Shown piece by piece: positions 50,255 to 62,639 of a stretch of 64,000 bases of DNA. Below the pieces are notes generated by a model. That model ran no database searches and was not told the origin of the DNA. It saw nothing but the letters and a program-made list of their open reading frames with translations. The translations under genes and the position numbers were made by a program. Location: assembly GCA_013239625.1 (NCBI GenBank), contig MU053472.1, positions 434,001 through 498,000 of the forward strand, in the 5' to 3' direction. The stretch is from Lama guanicoe (Eukaryota). Numbering within the stretch: the first letter of the stretch is position 1; the number at the start of each line of letters is the position of its first letter.

Positions 50255-52009
50255 GTAAGTTTGAGGGTGCCGGATTTGGGCAATATATACAGCAAGGCAT
50301 TGAAGCTAAGCCCTGGAATTTATGGGAAATCTGATTTGATTATTTGTGTATGTGTGTGTCTATAAGAAACTATTTTATTTTTTAAGGAAATGAATAAAAA
50401 CTCTCATATTTGCTCCTGGATTTCTAAGCCTTTATTTTACACTCAGAATTTGAACCCGAGATACCTGAGCCCACGTGTAATATTGTATCTCCACTGAAAA
50501 CAAGCACCCCTCGCGCAGACCTTGCTTTGTGCTGTTATTTCGTTAAGGGAGCTCACTCAGTCTGTGCCAAATTTGCTCACTGGACTTGGCTGGTCTTTCA
50601 AGAGTGAAGTCTCCATCTGTTTTGAAGGAATATATCAATTCTGTGTAGTAGGTAGCATCTTGTTGAAGGTAGTTTTGCAGAAAACTTCTTTGAACCTGTC
50701 TCTGGGGCCAGGAAAGGTACCGGCTGCTCTTGTCTGTCCTGGCATCTGACAGTAGGCAGCCAGACTGGGGCTGGAATCTTTCTTTTCCTGCTGTTAGAAC
50801 TCAAGCCCAGGAGGAAGTGAGTCAGACCTTCCTGGCCTTCTTCAGACCTCTCGGTAGATCGGTGCCGCTCCAGAAGAGGGTCAGCATAAAAGACGTGAAT
50901 GATTTGCCTGATGGCAGTCATTAAGGGTCCCTGTTATCCTATTTGTCTGCTTGTTTGCTTGCTTGTTTTTATAATCTGGAGTTTTTATTTTGAAAAAAAA
51001 TTCCCTGAAAATTAAGCTGGACCTTGGCAAATACAGAAACGAATGAAAAATACCAAATAGGCAAAATTTGCCGTTAGAACAATCATCCTTTCCTCTTCCT
51101 GACCTCTTCCACCCTTCGGGAGATAAATCAAGCATATCTTCCACTGAAAGTCAAGTAAGTTTAAAGCAACTGGGATGTTTTACATATACATACTATATAT
51201 ATTTACATATTTTAATATAATATATAATAAAATGATTTGAGTATAAATATCATAAACATTTATATAATACTGTTTTATATATGTAAAACAACATATTTAT
51301 AAACAAAACACACATATTTATATACGTTACACGCACAAAAGTTTTGTTTTCCTGTGGTTAAATACAACAGATGATCTGTCCATTTTTTTCAAGAAGACAT
51401 CCCTCCTGGAGAAGTCTGTCCTCCAGTTGGAACAGTCATATAGAGAATTCTCTTCTCTCCTGTGTTGCATCTTCTGTTTCTTATATCCCTTGTCTTCCTT
51501 TTTCTTGGTTTACTCCATCTTTTTGGAAGACAACATTCTCTAGTAGTTTCCTGAGAAAAGATAGGGGGGATTAGAGATTTTGAGATCTATTCTATCTTTA
51601 TACTTGATCCCCTTATTTTCGGGATGACGCCTAACTTCTGAATATGGCTATGTGAAGGACCCCATCATTGAAAGTCAGGTAGATTTCTATTTTTCTCCCC
51701 TCTTTGATTGTAAGTGACCCTCAGAGCTCTCCTTTGCCATCTCTAAACTAGTGATGAAATGTTAGGACCAATCCCTGTCCCACCTTAATTTTATCAGTAA
51801 AGACTTTGCTTCCCTTTTTGTCTTATACTCAGGCAGCTCCTTGTTGATCCTGGGTTTACATCTTAACGCTGTCTTCGCTTCCTCCCTAACTGAAAGCTGA
51901 TCTCTGAGGAGTATATATATGTGAATCTCAGGTGTATAGAATTATATAATCGTAATCCTTGGTTCATGACACACTCATTGGTGCATGTGTGACTCACTGT
52001 TATTTACTT

Positions 52010-52850
52010 ATTTGGTTACTTAGTTATTTTTTTAAAATAATGTAAAAAGAATTTGAAAACACACCACCTAAAACAACGGTCAATCACCTACATCTACCCA
52101 TGTGGTCTCCTCCTTAATCCTTCTTCCTGCCTCCGCCACCCAGATAATCATTTGCCCTAATCACATATTTATCACATTATTTTGTTTTCCTGTTTCTGTA
52201 GTTTTAGTATATCTCTATCTATCTCTTAAAGTGTGTAGAGTTTTTAACTTTATAACCTGTTTTTAATTTTATAACTGTATACAATCTAATGTGTATAATA
52301 TTTTTGGGCTTCTTGTACATTAATCATATATCTAGACACTTGACTAAGGTCTGTTATTTCTAATAACTTGCAAAATCTTTTCTATGTAAATTATCATCTC
52401 ATTCACAAATAATGACAGTTTAACTTTCTCCTTGGCAATCCTCATGCCTCTTATATATTTACTTTTTCATTTTATTGTACTTTCTAGGTAGTCTGAGTTT
52501 TACATTTATGGATTTTCTAAAATTAAACCATCCTTACATACCTGAGACAAACTCAAGTTGGTTGTGGAGTAACATATTTTTTGCTAATATTTTGCCCGCC
52601 CTTGCCTCTATACTATTTAGAATATTGTGTTTAGGAATTTTGCATCTGTAGCCATGAGTAAAGTGGACCTGGACTTTTCCCTTCATGCAACATCTTTGAT
52701 GCTGGTATCAGTGTTACTTTAACTGGGGAGTTTTACTTCTTTTTTATTGTCTGGAAATTTGGTGGACTACTGTCCTTGAAAGTTTGATAGAACTTATTTT
52801 TTAAAACCATCTGGACCTGGTACTTCTTTGTGGGAAGAAGTTTTAATCAT
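52010..52850 (-). mobile_element. Very old L1 fragments (L1ME-like)
   Basis: Antisense ORF2-like text (ttaaaccatccttacatacctgagacaaactc; taggaattttgcatctgt; aaaaccatctggacctggt). Confidence 0.55.
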
Positions 52851-53007
52851 ACACTCTTATTTTGAAGAGATAAATTACTTCCATGTCAAGGTTAGCGTGT
52901 AGGAGAAAGGAAGAAAACAGCTGTCTATTAAATAGTGTGTAAAGGATCTTATTTATATCCATTATCTCATTTACTCTTCAAAACACCCTTTCAGAAGGTC
53001 TGTCAGT

Positions 53008-53644
53008 CCTATCAGTCAAGATCCAGTCAGGGAAAGAGAAATTCCATTAGGTATTATAAACAGAGGACACTGAATTGTGAGAATTGGTTATTTGGGTGTT
53101 AGAAGAATAAAAGAACAAAAAAGGGATGCTGAAGTAACCCAGAGTTAATACCTGCAGGAAGCAGCTACCACCCCTGGGGAAGAGGCAGTGTTCCCAGAAC
53201 CTAGAAGCTTAGGGGAGGATCCCTGGGGGCTGGTGCTTGGACCTCTGAGAGTAAGTGTTGAGTAACTGGTGCTCAGATCCTCGAGGAGGAGGCCTGGCCT
53301 GGCAGTGATTGATAGCCCAAGGCAGCGTAGCCCAGAGATTGAGTTAGCATGGTAAGGCTGCTGCTCTGCCAAGGAGCTGCAACCCACAGCTCCTGGTACT
53401 TCTGAGGGTGTGCATCAGGGCTCTCCCTGGGAATGCTGAAAGATAATAGAAGCTGGAATTAACTCTGTTCTATGGAGCAATGCTGGTAATAGCTGGAAAA
53501 CAAGCAGAAAGTCCCCTTTTTTACCCTTCTGACTTCCCCTGGGCGGAACTACGTAAGTTTGCATAGTCTTAGCCCTGTTGTCACAGAGCAGAGCATAAAA
53601 GGGTGGACTTGGAGCTGGGAGACACTAGGTAAATAACCTCAACA
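53008..53644. mobile_element. Old LTR (LTR78-like, family uncertain) interrupting a MIR
   Basis: atcagtcaagatccagtcaggga...acagagcagagcataaaagggtggacttggagct...CA; MIR-like flanks. Confidence 0.45.
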
Positions 53645-54439
53645 GTGAATACCGTGCATCTCTTACAAAAAAACTGAAGCTGAACACGGTTATTTGGTGA
53701 AGATTTGGAATTTAAACCCAGGCCTGTGCTGTTTCCATTACTATCTAATCTAAACCAGCACCGTTATTGTGTGCGTATCACTGAGGAAAAACAAAATATT
53801 GCCAATTAAATAAAGCACACCATTCATTGTGAGACATATGCCAATTTCAGAGATTTTAAAAAGCTAAAAAAAAGAGGGGCATCTTAAGATCTGTGAAATG
53901 TGGTTTATTATGCTGCCTTGTAAATAATTTGTTTTTGGTATCTTTTGGGGGGAAGAAAAGGTCTATGGGATACCCAAGTAAAACATTTAGTAGACAGTTA
54001 AAAATGTGAAGTTGTAGCTCATAAGAAAGATGGACGCTAGACATACAAAGGGGAAGGTCATCTGTGTTGGAATCATGATCCAGAAACAGCTTTGCTGTTT
54101 TTTTCAGTTGAAACAGCCTCTTTGAGTCTATTATTTATACCATCTCATTTTATTCTGTCCTTTGCCTATCTCTTTGTGATGACATCTGCTGGTAAACCTT
54201 AATGTTGTCTTTTATTATTCAGGAACATTTAAATTTTTTTCCTTAAATATCCACAAGCAAAGATCATTTTCTCCTCTCTTGTCTATTTAAAGAGTGTGTG
54301 GTCTGCCAGCCTGCGCTCTTCACAAGGGTGCAGTTGGAAGTGCTGTTATAAGCCTGGTGGTGGAAAGCAGGTCTCCAGGGAGATAGATGGTGTGAGGAAA
54401 TCCTATCTATAGACTTCTATGATTTCTCTGTTTTTATAG

Positions 54440-54572
54440 GTCCAGCATGTCTGGCTTGCACCTAGTAAAGCAAGGTCGAGACCGAAAGAAAGTAGACTCA
54501 CAGCGAGATTTCACTGTAGCTTCTCCAGCAGAATTTGTTACTCGTTTTGGTGGAAATAAAGTGATTGAGAAG
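54440..54572 (+). CDS. ACACA: ACACA exon 6 ([17 protein letters not shown]...GGNKVIEK); AMPK site Ser80 codon at 54450-54452
   Basis: Acceptor tttttatag, donor AAG|GTAAGT, 133 nt. Contains the region on which the SAMS peptide is based. Confidence 0.98.
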
Positions 54573-55883
54573 GTAAGTTGTAACCTGCTAAGTTATTTTT
54601 TCAAAAGTACACGAGATTTAATGCCTAGATGTGCTGTCTAGATTTGCTCAAAATGGATTATTTAGATTGAATTTCTGAGACTTTGTGCAGAATTATCCTT
54701 TCTGCCTCCCTAGCATCCTATTAAATGATGTCACAATTTCCTGTAACATGTACTTACCACAGATAATGCAGTTATAACTAAGGAAGAAGATGAACCAGTG
54801 CCCGTAAAGTTTTTCTTAGAAACATCTTGTGGTTTTATAGGGTTTTGCTGCACTGATCTGAGAGGGTATGAGAAATTGATTAGCTTGTAGGGTGGTAGTG
54901 AGGAGGTAATATGTCATAACACTGAATTTAGAGCTAAAGGAGTAGAGTTTCGGAACAAAAGGCTTAAACAGTTTCATACCCTGTGACTTACTGGCTTCCA
55001 CCAGGAATCTGAGATATTTAGGGGAAATGTACTATGTGGAATATTTGAAGAGATTACAGGTATTTTGCAATGTTGTGAGTAATTCTGTGTCACTTTTATC
55101 CATTATCTAAACCATGTCGGAGCTGAGAGGATGACTTGGCTGAAATAGCTTGCTGTGATTAAAGGATTAAAGGACAGAGACCTACATTCCCACTCCCTAA
55201 AAGTGTGGCTCCAGCAGTGTGCTTCCGTTAGTCTTCCAATAAAGATAGGTTGCGTGTCTCCTAACCTATGTTATCCTCAGGGTCATGACTGCAAGACAGA
55301 TCAGGAGAGGAAAGGTTTGTTTAACAGAGAGAGTCTCAGGGTCATTGCTCCTCTACTGTTTCTCTTGTGACCATCCTGAGGCCATCTCCAAAGTTAGAAG
55401 GCATTTGGATTTCAGCGTTCTGGAGAGAGGTGGTGGTTGGTACAGGTGTTCTTACACACGTCCAGGGCTCTGCTGTAGTGGAGAATAGTGTGTGACACTA
55501 CACTTAGCCTTCCCCCAGCCTTATTTATATCCAACATCCCTCTGAAGTTTGTTTCTTCTCTTCCCTAATAATAGGTATTGGAGAATAATTCACAAACTTA
55601 AAAGATTTGAGTAACTGATTTTTCCCTTCAAGTAATGAAGTTAGAAAGAAGTAAGTTTTAGCTGGCACATATTAAAGTATTGCTTAGCTAAAATCTTAAA
55701 ATATCCCCTGATCATGTGAGAGCTGGTTCCTAACTGCTTAGACAAGTAATACAAATTCCTAGTTGAAACTCTTGGCTTTTCAGAGAAAGATCTTTAAAAA
55801 AAAATGGTTTCATCTCTTTTCCTCCATCTTCGCCTGCTTTCTCTCCTTTTCTAACTCCCGTGCCCACCCCCCTCCCTTCTCAG

Positions 55884-56022
55884 GTTCTCATTGCTAACAA
55901 TGGAATTGCAGCAGTGAAATGCATGCGATCTATCCGCCGGTGGTCTTATGAAATGTTTCGAAACGAACGTGCAATCCGATTTGTTGTCATGGTCACACCT
56001 GAAGACCTGAAAGCCAATGCAG
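55884..56022 (+). CDS. ACACA: ACACA exon 7 ([25 protein letters not shown]...EDLKANA), biotin carboxylase domain
   Basis: Acceptor ccttctcag, donor CAG|GTGAGT, 139 nt, phase consistent. Confidence 0.98.
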
Positions 56023-57741
56023 GTGAGTTATGAACATTAAGAGAACCTCACCCTCGATCATAGGATGTTGAATAGCACAGCCTTTAAGTAGGAGAGCATT
56101 AACTCAGGGGGATTCCCAAACCTAACAATTTTTCTTTTAACAAGTGTGCAATAACAGGCACGGACAAAGATTTGTGCTTTGTTTAACCTCAACACAGACC
56201 CCTGTGTTTCAAGTAAAAATAGGTAGAAGTTTAACCAAAGTGTTGATTTGGGTTTTCAGCTGTATGTCTTTTCAGTGTTTCAGTATTTGCTAAGCTGCGG
56301 GCTTTAGCAAAATGTGTAAGTAGAAAGGTTTGGAAAGAAATGCTGTTTGCCTTATGAGCTACATTGAATTGTAGGGAATCTTAGGGTTAAGATTCTTTTC
56401 TCCCTCTCCCTGGGCAAGAGACCTCTTGGGACCCAAGTGGGTTTCACTCTGCAGGCTCTTGTGCGCATTCTCCCTACTTCTATGGTCCTCTGTCTGAGAG
56501 TTACACGTGAAGATTATTGGTGTCGCTGAGAGGTTGTGGCTAGTCCTTCCTCTCCGTACTTTTTATTGCTAAAGTATCATCTCTAAGATGAGTATCCACA
56601 GATAACATTAGCTTTTTGAAGAGCTATCTTTTTGTACCTATTTTGTTCTTTATATGTGCTCTCTATATTGAGACGATAATGTTAAGACTATTCCCAAGGA
56701 GTAAGGGTTATTATATTATCTTTAGAAATGCAGAAGGCACCAGTTTATTACAAAGCAGATGTTATTAGGTGAAATCATTTAGATTGACCCTTTGACATCT
56801 CTGAGCCGCAATTTTGTATCTGTAAAATGAAAATCACATCTGTTTCACTGGCTAGTTGTAAAGATGAAATTGTCTATAATAAATGTAAACTACCTTGCAT
56901 GATTTCTTTTTCACTGTCTGTTTCTACCTGGTACTCCTATTTATTCACTTATTCATTCATTCACTCAATGAACATGGAGACCCACAGTTTAATCAGATGT
57001 GATCATCTTGCTCTAGGAAACAAATAATTTCAATACAATGAGTTAAGCGCTATAATAGAAATGTGCACAGGACACTGAGAGAACACAGAGATGAAACATC
57101 TTAACTCTGTCCCCTGCTCTTGGATTAAGGGTAAAGAGGTGTGAACAGAGTTAAGAGAAAGCTTTCTGAAAGAGGTTATGCCTAGCTAAGAATGACTAAG
57201 AGTTAGGAAAGCAATTTGGGGGAAGACAAGGGTGTTACAGGCAGAAAGAACAGTATATGCAAATGTTTGGAGGTGTGACACAATGTTTTTGGATGAGAAA
57301 AGGAGAAGAAGGGCAGTAACTAAAGAGAGGTTCAGGGTCAAGAGGATTTTTATTTTTCAGAATGGAAGAGACTTGGGAATGTTTATACTCGGAGAGGAAG
57401 AAGCCGAGGGCGGGGTTGGGGGTAGCAGGACACAAAAGAGCTACAGGAGATGGAAGGGGATGGGGTCAGGAGCACAAGTGGACAAAAATATGCGTATCTT
57501 TTGGTTAAGAAATTCTATCTCCTATTATTTATTCTGAGGAACATAAATGAGTAACAGGGGCAGATATATTCATACAGGGATATTCATTGCAGTGTTATTT
57601 AAAATAATGAGAAATGGGGAATAACTGAAGTGTCCAGCACTACGTTACGTAAAATGTATCACACCAATTCTGTGAAATTGCCACACTGCCATTAAAAGAT
57701 TTTGTGGAATAACATTTATTGGTCTGAGAATGCATTCTGAC

Positions 57742-58255
57742 AGATTGTTCCACTATCTATTACTATGTAACAGTATTACCACAAATTTAGCAGCTGAAGA
57801 CAGCAGACGTTTATTATCTCCTGGTTTCTGTAGGTCAGGACTCGGCTTAGCTGGGTCCTTTGCTTCAGGTTATCACAAGGCTGCCATCAGTTTTCAGCGG
57901 GGCCGCAGCCTCATCTGAGGCTCCATGTGGGATGGATCTGCTTTGAAGCTCACGTGGTGGTTAGCAGCACTGGGTTTCCTGTGGGCTGGCAGACCGAGGG
58001 CCTGAAGGTGTGACTGACTGTTGGCTAGAGACTACTCTTGGCTCCTTGTCATGCAGGCCATCCCACAATGACTGCCTGCTACCCACAGCCAGCCAGGGAA
58101 AGTATCCCAGTAAGATGGGTTCGCATTCTTCCATGATGTTGGTATGGAAGTAATGTCTCCTCATTCTCTTGGCTAAATGCAAGTCCTAGATCGTGCCCAC
58201 ACCCAGGGAGAGGAGATTACTTAAGATAGGAATACCTAGAGACTTGGGATCGTGA
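57742..58255. mobile_element. MLT1-like LTR (MLT1F-like)
   Basis: tatctattactatgtaacagtattaccacaaatttagcagct..tttattatctc..gtttctgtaggtcagga..gcttagctgggtcctttgcttcagg. Confidence 0.75.
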
Positions 58256-58859
58256 GGACAGACATATAGATAACTTAGAAGAGTTAATTGTTAATATGAG
58301 GAGAGGACTTCATCCTCTGAGACTGGAGGGGAACAGGCAAAATTGTCAGGTTAGGGGATGGTAAGGATGGTAATAATTGACTAGTTGCATATTTTTATTT
58401 CGTGATAGTTATTGGAAAAATTGGAGAGGTGGATGATTAGTGAAATTCACAGTGAAAAAAATTGAGTATTCTTTTGAGAGGAGCTTTCTTATTTATGAAT
58501 ATATTCTATATTTTTCTTTTTCTTTTTTAGTTTTTGAAAGTTTTTGGTGTTTTTTGTGAATATATTCTAGAATAGTGTCTTTAGGTAGTAGTTGTAACTG
58601 TGGGAACTAAGAGATGGTAGAGAAACACAAGGTATATAATTAGGATGAACTTTATTTCCCCTACTTCCCAGGGCGGCTTCTTTTCTTTAATGTCTATAAT
58701 GATAATAGAAGATTGATTGGTATAGAGCTTTGAACTGTTGTTGGTTGATGACAGCAGTATCTTTGCAGACTGAGTGTGTGTGTGTGTGTGTGTGTGTGTA
58801 GGTGTTTGTTTAGGATGTAGGTCAGCAATTAAAGTAACTTTTTTCCTGTGTCTGGGTCC

Positions 58860-59400
58860 ACTGAACTACAGTAAAGACCAAATCACAGTAGAAAAGTTAG
58901 ATAGATTTGACTACATAAAAGTTTCTATTTAGCAAATAAAAAAAGAAAGAGAAACAGTTAAAGACAAATGATAATCTAGAAAAACATGACAACAACAATG
59001 AGTTTCTACCTATAATATGAGCAAAAGACAGCCTTCAGAAGAAAAGGAACAAAGCGTGAATAGACAGTCCATAAAAAAAGAATTTAGAAGGAACAGTAAA
59101 CATGTGAAAAGAGATTTCAATTCCAGTGATAATGAAAGAAATGCAAACCAAAGCAATAATAGATTGGGATTTTTTTTAATTTATAAGGCTGGCATCATTT
59201 GAAAGATTGATAATACCGTGTAGGTGAGAGTATAGGCAGTTTGACACTCACATTGCTAGTGAGAGTCTAAAGTGGCTTGATTAACATAGAAAAATATCTA
59301 CAATATATTAAATTGGTTAACAGTTTATGGTTTCTAATATACTCAAACATGAACTGATTATCTCTGAGGGGTGGGACAATGGGTGATTTTGACTTTTAAA
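58860..59400 (+). mobile_element. Old L1 3' fragment (L1ME-like)
   Basis: tagatagatttgactacataaaa..aaacatgtgaaaagagatttcaattc..gaaatgcaaaccaaagcaat. Confidence 0.6.
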
Positions 59401-59454
59401 AATCAGTACATATTATTATATCCTGATACATTTTCTAAAATTTTTTTAAAAATC

Positions 59455-59580
59455 TTTTTTTTGGCACAGGGGGATTAGGTTTATTTATTTATTTATTTTT
59501 AATGGAGGTACTAGGGATTGAACCCAGGACCTTGTGCACGTTAAGCATGTACTCTACCACTGAGCCATAACCCTCCCCTC
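59455..59580 (-). mobile_element. Vic-1-like SINE
   Basis: tRNA-like head (ggattgaacccaggaccttgtgcacgttaagcatgtactctaccactgagc) and (ATTT)n tail. Confidence 0.85.
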
Positions 59581-60560
59581 CTATTTTCTCAGTTTTTTAA
59601 TAATCAACATGCTTTCCCTCATAATCAAAGAGAACAGTAAACCTGCTTTTTTTTTTTTAACAAACTGTAGGGCCCTGTGTATTACTTTGAGTGGAGTTTT
59701 TAAAGAGGGACTTAAAATCTTTAAAGATTAAGAACAAGAGATGAGACGTTAATAAACATGGTGGAGATGGACCTTGAGCAAGTTATTTAACTGCTCCAAG
59801 CCATAATTTCCTGTAAACTGGGTGCTATTAATACCTATTATATATAGGATTGTTGAGGATTAAATGAAATCATGTACAGAGAGTGCTTAGTACTGTCCCT
59901 GCATGTTGTAGCTGCCCTGGTACAACTGTTGCCAGACAAGGAAGAGAGAAACGTTAGGTGACAGATTTGAAAGGGAATAGGAGGGGAAAAAAAACAAGAA
60001 GGGAAATAATATATCTTCTTAAAGTGTCTTTCAAATACCTAGTGTCCCCAGCATTCCAGAAAAACCCTTTTCAAGAATTTCAGGGCTCCTATAACTAACC
60101 TTCCCTGTTTCAAGCCAGTCTACAAACCTTCCAAACTCTACTGTTTCCTCATTCTGTCCCAGCTTCATACTAGGAAAAGGGCTTTCTCAGAATATAGTGC
60201 AAGTTAAAGATAAAAGATGTCACAGACTTTTTCTCAGAACAGAATAATTGTAATGGGCCTCTAAGTGACAGTCAAATTATTCTTGGTATGGGGATCATAA
60301 GGACCCTTCAGAAAGGTCATATAGTGAAATGTTTGAGAACTGCTGTTTTAGTATAAGAGCTTCCTAACTGTGAGATGAACACATTTTAGTGCCTGTGATC
60401 TAACAAAGATCCTCCAAATAAAGAATCCTGGAAATACCCCATTAATGCAGTTTGTCTTGTGGCTACGTACGATGGCACCTGTCCTTTACGTAGATTTGCT
60501 CTGCAGTTACATTTCTGAAAATAAAGCGTGTGTTCTCTGTTAATTTGCTTTTGTTTTCAG

Positions 60561-60670
60561 AATACATTAAGATGGCAGATCACTATGTCCCAGTGCCAGG
60601 AGGACCAAACAACAACAACTATGCAAATGTGGAATTAATTCTTGATATCGCTAAAAGGATCCCTGTACAA
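60561..60670 (+). CDS. ACACA: ACACA exon 8 ([37 protein letters not shown])
   Basis: Acceptor ttgttttcag, donor CAA|GTAAGA, 110 nt. Confidence 0.98.
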
Positions 60671-61484
60671 GTAAGAGATGCCAGCGTCTCCCCGAAAGCC
60701 AAATTCAGCCATTCTGCAGTTGGACACAGGGGGATAGCCAGTGAAGAACTTTTAGTTTTATATAAAGCATCTTTGTTGAAAATTGATAAAAAGCCTTTAT
60801 ATGGGATATAACAGACAGAAAAAGGGAAGATGGAAGGAACGGAATGAGTCAACATAAAGTAAACGTAGTACAAACAGGAGGTTTGTACGAGATCATGGGT
60901 TCAGAGATCGTGTGTTCTATCTAGTTCACCTTTCAAACCTCCTAATCAGTAAAAGTTGCCTGTTTCCCAATGGAATATTCTTAGTCTAGAATTCAGTGGT
61001 GTCGAATTAGGTTGTTTCTTCCCTATCATGTTGTGTTAGGAAGTTTAGGGTAAGTGTGTTAAAACCCAAAGAGAAAAAAACTTGAGATTTGTATGGCAGT
61101 ACAACCACTAGGTACAAGGTGGAGTCAGGTGGCCAGAGTAATTCATTCTGTGAAAGAAAACCCGTGTTTCTAGAAAAGACTTTATAAGTCTAGTTGAAAG
61201 GCTATTGAATTGAGTTTCCTAAAGAGCGACAATACTAGCTGAATCTTAATATCAATTTCAACTTGTTTTCGACCTCTTCGGAGGTTTTACCACAATGGAC
61301 CGCTTATTGTTTGCTCTGTAAAAACTTTGCCAAGAATCAGGCATCGAAGCTGAATTAAGCATTAGGCTGCTGTGGTGCTGTTGTACCTCACAGAGTAGGG
61401 CCAGTGTTGGCAGAGAGTCGTAAAGTTTATCATGTTCTTTTTAGTATGAATTTTAAGAATGAATCGTATTGTGTTCCCTTGTAG

Positions 61485-61566
61485 GCAGTGTGGGCTGGCT
61501 GGGGTCATGCTTCCGAGAATCCCAAGCTCCCAGAACTTCTTTTGAAAAATGGCATCGCCTTCATGG
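61485..61566 (+). CDS. ACACA: ACACA exon 9 ([27 protein letters not shown])
   Basis: Acceptor ttcccttgtag, donor TGG|GTAAGC, 82 nt; [10 protein letters not shown] biotin carboxylase motif. Confidence 0.98.
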
Positions 61567-62540
61567 GTAAGCCTTTCTGACATACTGTTCCCTGTCTTTC
61601 TGTTTCTCTCTGTCATTTTGACCCATATTTCACTCTGTAGTCTGCTTTTCTTGTGTTTAGTATGCACTGGGCTCTTTTTTTTTTTTTTTTAATCAGTCAG
61701 CAACTCCCAGAGTAACCCTCTCCATCTCTTTTTCTTTTTTTTCCCCCTTCATAATTTCTACACTCTGCATCTTGACTGTGTTTTCTGTCCCTGGGTTCTT
61801 TTCTATGAGATTCGGAGGAGGCTCTGATTTTCAAAACATTGGCCTTTAAAAACTTTGCCATTAGCCTTTAGAAAACGTGTGGAGAAAGGGCCCATTTTTA
61901 TATAGAAAAGATAACCAAATACTTAGGATGTCCTTGCAGTGTCCCTTAAATATGAATCAGTACCTTCACATGTAAGCATGTAGGTTATATTTCTATAAGT
62001 GAGAGCTATTTCTTCTAACTTTTTTGCTCTCCTATATAGACAGAAAAATCGAGATTATATGGCTCAAAGTGTTTATGTCTCTGTCTCAGAGACCTTCCAC
62101 AATGTTGATGTGCTTTGTAAAGATAAATCTTCCTTTTGGGTTTGCCTAAGACCAAAGAGAGTGTAATATTTCAGACTTGAACCCCAAAACTTTATTGCCC
62201 TTATTGGTTTAAAAAAAAAAAAAGACTTTGTTAATCTGGTAAAGTTGGATCATGAAGGATGATAAAATCAGAGTTAGATTTATCAGGGATTTAATTCAGC
62301 ATATATTTATATGTATTGAATTATCACTGTGTACAAACATTTACTACATTAGGTTCTATAAAGGGTACAAAGATGAGTCAAAACATAGTGGTCCCCATAA
62401 TCAAGTTTCTGATGTCTGTGATATGTGGTGTAGGGGACACAAAGCAAATATAAAAATAATTATATAGAAGACAAAATACATGTGACAGACATGAAGCCCA
62501 AAACGTTACAGTCAGGGTTCTATTCTTGTTTTGTTTTTAG

Positions 62541-62639
62541 GTCCTCCAAGCCAGGCCATGTGGGCTTTGGGGGATAAGATTGCGTCTTCCATAGTGGCTC
62601 AAACTGCAGGTATCCCGACGCTTCCATGGAGTGGCAGTG
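62541..62639 (+). CDS. ACACA: ACACA exon 10 ([33 protein letters not shown])
   Basis: Acceptor tgtttttag, donor GTG|GTAAGA, 99 nt; GDKI motif of biotin carboxylases. Confidence 0.98.

Noticed and set aside
50790..51160. Plus-strand donors at 50816/50817 and 51154/51155 as a possible extra exon after 5A
   Set aside because: No convincing acceptor giving a plausible exon; cannot be supported without transcripts.
51180..51330. Extremely AT-rich tract (similar at ~27530-27625)
   Set aside because: Low-complexity degenerate (TA)n sequence.
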